From positions 15,994 to 79,993 of the forward strand of contig JASLXV010000020.1 in the NCBI GenBank assembly GCA_030740155.1: 64,000 bases of DNA, given 5' to 3'. The notes below the pieces were generated by a model. That model was not told the origin of the DNA and did no database searches. It saw only the letters and a program-made list of their open reading frames with translations. A program made the position numbers and the translations under genes. The stretch comes from Dehalococcoidia bacterium (GTDB lineage: Bacteria; Chloroflexota; Dehalococcoidia; Lucifugimonadales; UBA3495). This document shows, piece after piece, positions 58,298 to 64,000 of the stretch (the stretch's first letter is position 1; the number at the start of each line of letters is the position of its first letter).

Positions 58298-58639
58298 ATG
58301 CCGGTACGCGTCGGATTCACCCAGTTCCGAAAAGAGATGCTGGAGCGGGAGCTGGAGGGAGTTCAGAACGTGCTGCCCAGCCTGGGAGTGGAGAAGGTGA
58401 TCCTGACGGGGGACATGGTCACCGGGGACTTCGCTCCCGACAGCCGCATCGAGCTGATCGTAGTCCAGAACACGGAGCTGTCCTTCGGACGCCGGGCCGA
58501 CTTTTTTTCCTTCCACTTCGATACCACCGTCGCGGTGGACACCCAGGTCTATACTCCAGAGGAGTTCGAGACGTTGCGCGGAACCCTGCCCGCACTCTAT
58601 CAGGCCTGCAAGGACGGACGGGTGATATTCGATGCCTGA
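58298..58639 (+). CDS. Minimal nucleotidyltransferase (MNT) fold protein with degenerate active site
   Basis: [23 protein letters not shown] ... [11 protein letters not shown] ... GRVIF; overlaps the HEPN start. Confidence 0.75.
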   Translation: MPVRVGFTQFRKEMLERELEGVQNVLPSLGVEKVILTGDMVTGDFAPDSRIELIVVQNTELSFGRRADFFSFHFDTTVAVDTQVYTPEEFETLRGTLPALYQACKDGRVIFDA

Positions 58640-59033
58640 TTATTTCGCCGAGGGCGCCCGCTGGTTGCGCCAGGCCCAGCAAGACCTGGATGACGCCTCC
58701 TTTCTTCGCCAGGGCGAGAGGTACAACACGGCCTGCTTCATGGGCCAGCAGGCGGCGGAAAAGGCGGTGAAAGCCTACCTCTACAACCGCCGGGTGGAGG
58801 ACATCTGGGGCCACTCTCTGGTCGATCTGTGCGAGGACGCCAAGCTGTTCGACATCATGTTCGACACGATCAAGAGCGTGGCCGGCCAGCTGGACAAGTA
58901 TTACGAGATCACCCGGTACCCCGCCTATCTGCCCGGCGGAATTCCTTCGGAGGCCTTCGACCGGGTCGACGCCGACCGCTCCATTGAGCTGGCCCAGCAG
59001 GTGTTCGACTTCGTCAAGGAGCGCATCGGGTAA
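58632..59033 (+). CDS. HEPN domain protein
   Basis: [37 protein letters not shown]. Confidence 0.9.
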   Translation: MPDYFAEGARWLRQAQQDLDDASFLRQGERYNTACFMGQQAAEKAVKAYLYNRRVEDIWGHSLVDLCEDAKLFDIMFDTIKSVAGQLDKYYEITRYPAYLPGGIPSEAFDRVDADRSIELAQQVFDFVKERIG

Positions 59034-59058
59034 CAGTTATTGGTCCCGGAAATATTGG

Positions 59059-59122
59059 GCCACAGAGACACAGAGGCACAGAGAATAAATAAAAAAACTC
59101 TGTGCCTCTGTGTCTCTGTGGC
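59059..59122. repeat. Perfect 25-bp CACAGAG-type inverted repeat between convergent genes (likely terminator)
   Basis: GCCACAGAGACACAGAGGCACAGAG - A-rich loop - CTCTGTGCCTCTGTGTCTCTGTGGC. Confidence 0.85.
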
Positions 59123-59128
59123 AGATTC

Positions 59129-60076
59129 TTAGCTATGGCTTTTCGGGAAACCGGTTAGCGGCACTTTCGGATTCGACTTCTCCCAGCCCTTGGCTTGGCG
59201 TAGCACGTCCGGGGCCGGGTTCTCACCCAGCGGGCAGAATGCCTGGCAGGCGACTTTGCACAGCCGGTTGCCGGCGCCGTCGATGGCGAATCGGTCGATT
59301 GCAATATAGTCGACACCGGGAAGATCTACCGGGTAGCCGTCCTTCATGTTTCTCTTGATCTCTTCCCAGTTCGCACCCCTTCTGCCGCAGTCTGAAGCGC
59401 ACTTGAAGTGGTTCACCCTGCCGGCGAGGGTTATGGCTTGCATCGGGCACACATCCATGCAGACCGTGCAGCCCGGAGGACAGGGGTCGCCCGGCAGAAG
59501 GGGGTCGCCTTCCAAGGTGGCGGCGGTGATGAGACAGGCCAACCGTATCCGGACGCCGTGCACCGGGTTGGAGACGAGGCCGTTCTTGGCCCTCCGGCCC
59601 ACCCCGGCGAGCACCGCGGCCCGCTTCAGGCTGAAGATCCCGTACAGCGGCGCGATGATGCTCTCGTCCTCATCCGCCAGGTGATTGTAGCGCCCGCCCA
59701 TGGAGGGGCCCAGCGGCAATGTCCGGCAGGCGCGGGCCTCCAGCCAACGCGCCAGGTCGAAGCAGATGGAATTCAGCTCGCGGTTGAGGTGCACATAGCC
59801 GTAGTTTCCATAAACGTAAGAAGTCTTGGCGTCGGTCACGTTGGACTCAATGACCCCATCCAACTGGCGGAGGCCAACCACGATCACACTTCGCCCCGTT
59901 GGCATCAGTTCGGCCGGCCCGTAGCCGGTCGGCGGGTACACCGGGATTCGCTCCACGTCGGGGGGTGGCGGGACATCCCATCTGTCCACCGGAGCCACGC
60001 CCACGATATCTGCGCCTAGCTCCAGCGCCCGTTGCTTTACCTGCTTTGTCAGGTTGCTGTTGTTGCCAAATGTCAT
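59129..60076 (-). CDS. QueG / reductive-dehalogenase-like cobalamin and Fe-S protein
   Basis: ALELGADIVGVA, SVIVVG, AAVLAGVG..KNGL...HGVRIRL..LIT, CPPGCTVCMDVCP, CKVACQAFCP. Confidence 0.75.
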   Translation of the reverse strand: MTFGNNSNLTKQVKQRALELGADIVGVAPVDRWDVPPPPDVERIPVYPPTGYGPAELMPTGRSVIVVGLRQLDGVIESNVTDAKTSYVYGNYGYVHLNRELNSICFDLARWLEARACRTLPLGPSMGGRYNHLADEDESIIAPLYGIFSLKRAAVLAGVGRRAKNGLVSNPVHGVRIRLACLITAATLEGDPLLPGDPCPPGCTVCMDVCPMQAITLAGRVNHFKCASDCGRRGANWEEIKRNMKDGYPVDLPGVDYIAIDRFAIDGAGNRLCKVACQAFCPLGENPAPDVLRQAKGWEKSNPKVPLTGFPKSHS

Positions 60077-60131
60077 CCGATCCTCCGCCGCAATTGCACC
60101 ATATACTGATCATCGTTCGACAGTGGTGCGC

Positions 60132-61283
60132 CTATCCGTCGAACCTGATTCCCGCCCCGGTCCGCATCAGACGCAAAGCCCGTTCGGCCGCCCCTTCCAA
60201 AAGCTCTTCCGTGCGCCTAAGGCTTTGATCGAAGCGCATGGGGCGGTCGGCGATGCAAATGATGCCCGCGATGCCGTGCTGGTACAGCTCCTCGAAGCCT
60301 CTTCCCAGGCTCCCGGCAAGCAGGATGGTGGGCACTCCTCGGGCCAGAGCGCGCCGGGCCACGCCCACCGGTGCTTTGTTGTAGACAGTTGATTGGTCGG
60401 CCCGGCCTTCACCGGTGATGACTAGGTCCACGCCTTCCAGATGGGCGTCGAACCCCAACACCTCGCAAACCATGTCGATCCCCGACCTCAATTCAGCGCC
60501 GGCAAATACCATCAGACCGGCGCCCAGCCCTCCGGCCGCTCCAGCTCCGGGCCGCTCCGCCACGTCCTGACCCAGGTCCCGGTGTACCACCCGGGCGAGA
60601 TTGCCGAGGGCCGAGTCCAGCTCATCCACCACCGCCGGCGACGCACCTTTTTGAGGGCCGTAGATGCTGGAGGCACCGGTGGGGCCGCACAGGGGGTTGG
60701 TCACGTCGGTGGCGCCGACGATGGTAGCCTCACCCAGCTTGGGGTGCAGGCCGGACACGTCGATGCGGGCCAGCCGGGCCAGCACGGCGCCACCCGCGGG
60801 GAGAGGGAGATCGCCGGCGTCCAGGAACCGGGCGCCCAACGCGCCGGCCATTCCCGTCCCGCCGTCGTTGGTAGCGCTGCCGCCCAGCCCAACGATGATG
60901 CGGGTGAAACCCCGGTCCAGGGCTTCTCTCATGATTTCGCCGGTGCCCTGGGTGGTGGTGTCTCGCGGATTGCGCTGCGATGGCGCCAGGAGGGCCAGGC
61001 CCGAAGCCAAGGCCATTTCGACCACCGCCGTTTCGCCGTCCCCCATAACCCCCCACGCGGCCTGCAGGGGCCGCCCAAGGGGGCCCGCCACCGTGCTCCG
61101 GAAAAGCCGGCCTCCCGTGCCCTCCACTAGGGCGTTCAGAGTCCCGTCTCCACCGTCGGCCACCGGCACCAGCACCGTCTCGGCCTCCGGCGCGGTTGCC
61201 CGGACCCCGCGCTCGATGGCCCTGGCGGCCTCGAGAGCGGACACGCCGCCTTTGAATCCCTGGGGGGCTATCAATACCTTCAT
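60132..61283 (-). CDS. glxK: Glycerate kinase (class I)
   Basis: IAPQGFKG, PVADGGDGT, GGSATNDGG, DVTNPLCG, GAAGGLG, TGEG, KAPVG. Confidence 0.92.
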   Translation of the reverse strand: MKVLIAPQGFKGGVSALEAARAIERGVRATAPEAETVLVPVADGGDGTLNALVEGTGGRLFRSTVAGPLGRPLQAAWGVMGDGETAVVEMALASGLALLAPSQRNPRDTTTQGTGEIMREALDRGFTRIIVGLGGSATNDGGTGMAGALGARFLDAGDLPLPAGGAVLARLARIDVSGLHPKLGEATIVGATDVTNPLCGPTGASSIYGPQKGASPAVVDELDSALGNLARVVHRDLGQDVAERPGAGAAGGLGAGLMVFAGAELRSGIDMVCEVLGFDAHLEGVDLVITGEGRADQSTVYNKAPVGVARRALARGVPTILLAGSLGRGFEELYQHGIAGIICIADRPMRFDQSLRRTEELLEGAAERALRLMRTGAGIRFDG

Positions 61284-61330
61284 CGCCACCTTCTTCGCCA
61301 ATGACCCCTCATTGTACACCTAGGCCACCG

Positions 61331-61461
61331 GCGGTCAGCTATCAGCGGTCAGCCGATAGCCAACGGCTCGTCGTGCCATCGGCGGCGACTGTTCCGGAAC
61401 GCCCGCCAATCCGATTGCTGACGGCTGATAGCTGACTGCTGACCGCTGACCGCTGACCGCT
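61331..61461. repeat. Heptameric GCTGANN tandem repeats in inverted arrangement
   Basis: GCGGTCAGCTATCAGCGGTCAGC (61331-61353) and GCTGACG-GCTGATA-GCTGACT-GCTGACC-GCTGACC-GCTGACC (61417-61458). Confidence 0.8.
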
Positions 61462-61530
61462 TCCCAAAGCGATACCCTTTCCGTGAACCCTCTGCTACAA
61501 TCGGGGCAAGCCGGATCAGGGGGTGGCCAC

Positions 61531-62862
61531 ATGCCGTCGCGAGAGGAACTCAAGCGCCGGGCCTTTGAAGAAATCGACGCAAGGGCCGATGAAATAATCA
61601 GCCTGGCGAAAACGATTCTGCAAAACCCGGAGCCGGGATTTCGTGAAACCAAGACCTCGGCCCTGGTGGCCAAGAAGCTGGCCGAGATGAGTATCCCGCA
61701 TCGCACCGGTCTGGCTATGACCGGTATCCGGGCGGAGTTGACCGGGGGGAGCGAGGGCCCCACCTTGGCTATATTGGGCGAGCTGGACTCCCTGATCGTT
61801 AACGAACACCCCTTCGCCGATCCCAACACCGGCGCGGCCCACGCTTGCGGCCACCACTGCCAGCTTCCGATGGTGTTCGGGGCCATGTTCGGACTGATGC
61901 AGCCCGACGTTTTGGCGGCGCTGAGCGGGCGCCTGGTGATGATGGCCGTGCCCGCCGAAGAGTACATCGAGATCGAATACCGGGACTCGTTGCACCGCGA
62001 GGGCAAGATCGAGTTCCTGGGCGGCAAACCGGAGATGATCCGCCTGGGCGAGTTCGACGACGTTGACCTGGCCATGATGATCCACACCACCAGCAACCCA
62101 GACGAAAAATGGCTCTGTATGAGCGGGACCAATAACGGGACCCTGGCGAAGAAGATCCAGTTTATCGGCCGCGGGGCCCATGCCGGAGGATCACCCCATC
62201 TGGGAATCAACGCCTTGAATGCGGCCACCATGGCCTTGACCGCAATCCACTTCAACCGGGAGACCTTCCAAGATGGGGACACCGTCCGCGTTCACCCTAT
62301 CATCACCAAGGGCGGTGAAGCCGTGAGCGCGGTCCCCGCCGATGTTCGCATGGAGACCTTCGTCCGGGGCCGCACGGTCGAGGCCATCTTGGACGCCAAC
62401 CGGAAGGTGGACCGAGCGCTCAAGGCCGGCGCCATGGCCGTGGGCGCGAGTGTCAATATCCAGACCATCCCCGGCTACATGCCCCTGAAGCAAGACCCAA
62501 ACCTGGCGGAGATTTTCGAATCCAACGCGGTGGACCTGGTGGGCGAGGAGAACGTTGGCCACGCTTCCCACCGGACCGGCTCGACGGACATGGGCGACGT
62601 CGGGCAACTTATGCCGGTTCTCCACCCTTACGTGGGCGGGGCCGTGGGGCTGGGCCACGGCGCCGACTACGTGGTCGAAGACTACAGTCTGGCGGTGGTC
62701 ACCGCGGCGAAGGCCTTGGCCGCCACGGCCGTGGACCTGCTGGCGGACGGGGCGCCCGGGGCGGGTCGAATCGTGTCCGGGCACCAGCCTGCAATGAGCA
62801 AGGACGAGTATCTGACCTTCCTGCGCGCGCTGGCTTCAGAAGAAACTTTCAACGGCGGATGA
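61531..62862 (+). CDS. M20 family amidohydrolase
   Basis: NPEPGFRE, GELDSL, HACGHH, PAEE, AHAGG.PH.GINAL, GSTDMGD. Confidence 0.9.
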   Translation: MPSREELKRRAFEEIDARADEIISLAKTILQNPEPGFRETKTSALVAKKLAEMSIPHRTGLAMTGIRAELTGGSEGPTLAILGELDSLIVNEHPFADPNTGAAHACGHHCQLPMVFGAMFGLMQPDVLAALSGRLVMMAVPAEEYIEIEYRDSLHREGKIEFLGGKPEMIRLGEFDDVDLAMMIHTTSNPDEKWLCMSGTNNGTLAKKIQFIGRGAHAGGSPHLGINALNAATMALTAIHFNRETFQDGDTVRVHPIITKGGEAVSAVPADVRMETFVRGRTVEAILDANRKVDRALKAGAMAVGASVNIQTIPGYMPLKQDPNLAEIFESNAVDLVGEENVGHASHRTGSTDMGDVGQLMPVLHPYVGGAVGLGHGADYVVEDYSLAVVTAAKALAATAVDLLADGAPGAGRIVSGHQPAMSKDEYLTFLRALASEETFNGG

Positions 62863-62867
62863 AATTT

Positions 62868-64000
62868 ATGTTGACCATCCCGGAATTGAAGCAGATGGCT
62901 TGTGCCACGATCGAGAGCAAAAAGAAGGAGATCGTCGGCATTGCCCAAGATATATTGGCCCACCCCGAGGCCGGGTTCTCTGAAGAGCGGACCTCGCGCC
63001 TGGTCGCGAGCAAGTTCAAGGAGCTGGGAATCTGGCACCGGCCGGGCCTGGCCATCACCGGCGTCAAGGGACGATTTCCGGCCGGGAACGGACCCGGACC
63101 AAGAGTGGCGATACTCGGCGAATTGGACTCCCTGGTGGTCCAGGAGCACCCTTTTTCCGATCCGGTGACGGGCGCGGCCCACGCTTGCGGCCACCATTGC
63201 CAGATAGGGATGATGCTGGGAACCGTTATGGGCCTCCTCACCCCGGAGGTCTTGGAGCATCTCTCGGGAGAGATAGTGCCCTTCGCCGTTCCGGCCGAGG
63301 AGTTCATTGAAGTGGAGCGCCGGCTTCAGCTACGGGAAGAGGGCCGTTTGGAGTTTCTGGGGGGCAAACAGGAGCTGATCGGGCTTGGAGAGTTCGACGA
63401 CGTGGATATGGCTATCATGTGCCACACCGCCAGTGACATGGGCGCCAGCAAGTTCGCCTTGGGGGGCACCAGCAACGGTCACGTCGTGAAGTACGTGCGG
63501 TTCCAGGGCCGCGGCGCCCATGCGGGTAGCGCTCCCCACCTGGGAATCAATGCCCTCAATGCCGCTACCTTCGCCCTGCAGGCCATCCACTCCACCCGGG
63601 AGACCCACCGGGCCGAGGATACGGTACGCATCCATGGCGTCATGACCAGGGGCGGCGAAGCGGTCAGCGCCGTACCGTCGGACGTTCGCCTGGAGTGGCG
63701 GGTCCGTTCGTCAACCCCTCAGGCGGTGGTCAGCAACGCCGCGGTGGTGGACCGCTGCTTCAAAGCCGGAGCACTGGCGGTGGGCGCCTCGGTGGAGATC
63801 ACCAACATTCCTGGTTACCTCCCGCTCCGTCAAGACCCGAAACTCCAAGAGCTGTTCCGGCAGGGTTCAGTGGAACTGCTAGGGGAGAGGGCGACCCTGG
63901 TGATCCCGGCGCGGCGCAACCGGGGCGGATCGACTGACATGGGAGACCTTAGCCACGTTATACCGGTATGCCATCCGTACACCGGCGGAGCAACCGGTCC
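62868..64000 (+). CDS. Second M20 family amidohydrolase (tandem paralogue, runs off the window; not in the ORF track)
   Basis: ATG 62868 MLTIPELKQ..HPEAGFSE..GELDSL..HACGHH..PAEE..AHAGSAPHLGINAL..GSTDMGD, open to the window end. Confidence 0.88.
   Translation, partial: MLTIPELKQMACATIESKKKEIVGIAQDILAHPEAGFSEERTSRLVASKFKELGIWHRPGLAITGVKGRFPAGNGPGPRVAILGELDSLVVQEHPFSDPVTGAAHACGHHCQIGMMLGTVMGLLTPEVLEHLSGEIVPFAVPAEEFIEVERRLQLREEGRLEFLGGKQELIGLGEFDDVDMAIMCHTASDMGASKFALGGTSNGHVVKYVRFQGRGAHAGSAPHLGINALNAATFALQAIHSTRETHRAEDTVRIHGVMTRGGEAVSAVPSDVRLEWRVRSSTPQAVVSNAAVVDRCFKAGALAVGASVEITNIPGYLPLRQDPKLQELFRQGSVELLGERATLVIPARRNRGGSTDMGDLSHVIPVCHPYTGGATG

Noticed and set aside
59129..60076. Respiratory reductive dehalogenase
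   Set aside because: No Tat signal, no rdhB, and much shorter than respiratory RdhA.

Overview
High-GC bacterial chromosome segment. Gene content (multiple class III CoA-transferases, hydantoinase A/B pairs, MaoC-like hotdog proteins, amidohydrolases, UGSC selenoproteins) suggests a heterotrophic Chloroflexota, probably Dehalococcoidia/SAR202-like; this is inference, as no marker gene is present. It carries addAB, many catabolic paralogues, sqr, lsrF, lutABC and an MNT-HEPN pair. The most notable features are: (1) a five-gene operon for a Tat-exported DMSO-reductase type II enzyme closely resembling Nitrospira/anammox-type nitrite oxidoreductase, with a membrane-tethered heme-b subunit, an uncharacterised 91-aa gene and a Rex-like operator over the predicted transcription start; (2) two UGA-readthrough UGSC selenoprotein modules (one fused, one split) on either side of that operon, each with a SECIS-like hairpin 11 nt after the UGA, and a compensatory base pair between the two hairpins; (3) a promoter-driven ~168-nt structured RNA with 6S-like architecture; (4) an MNT-HEPN pair whose MNT has lost its catalytic motif; (5) several gene remnants, a cluster of frameshifts at 33-43 kb, and at least six families of REP/MITE-like intergenic repeats. 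Family calls come from motif recognition by eye, not database searches.
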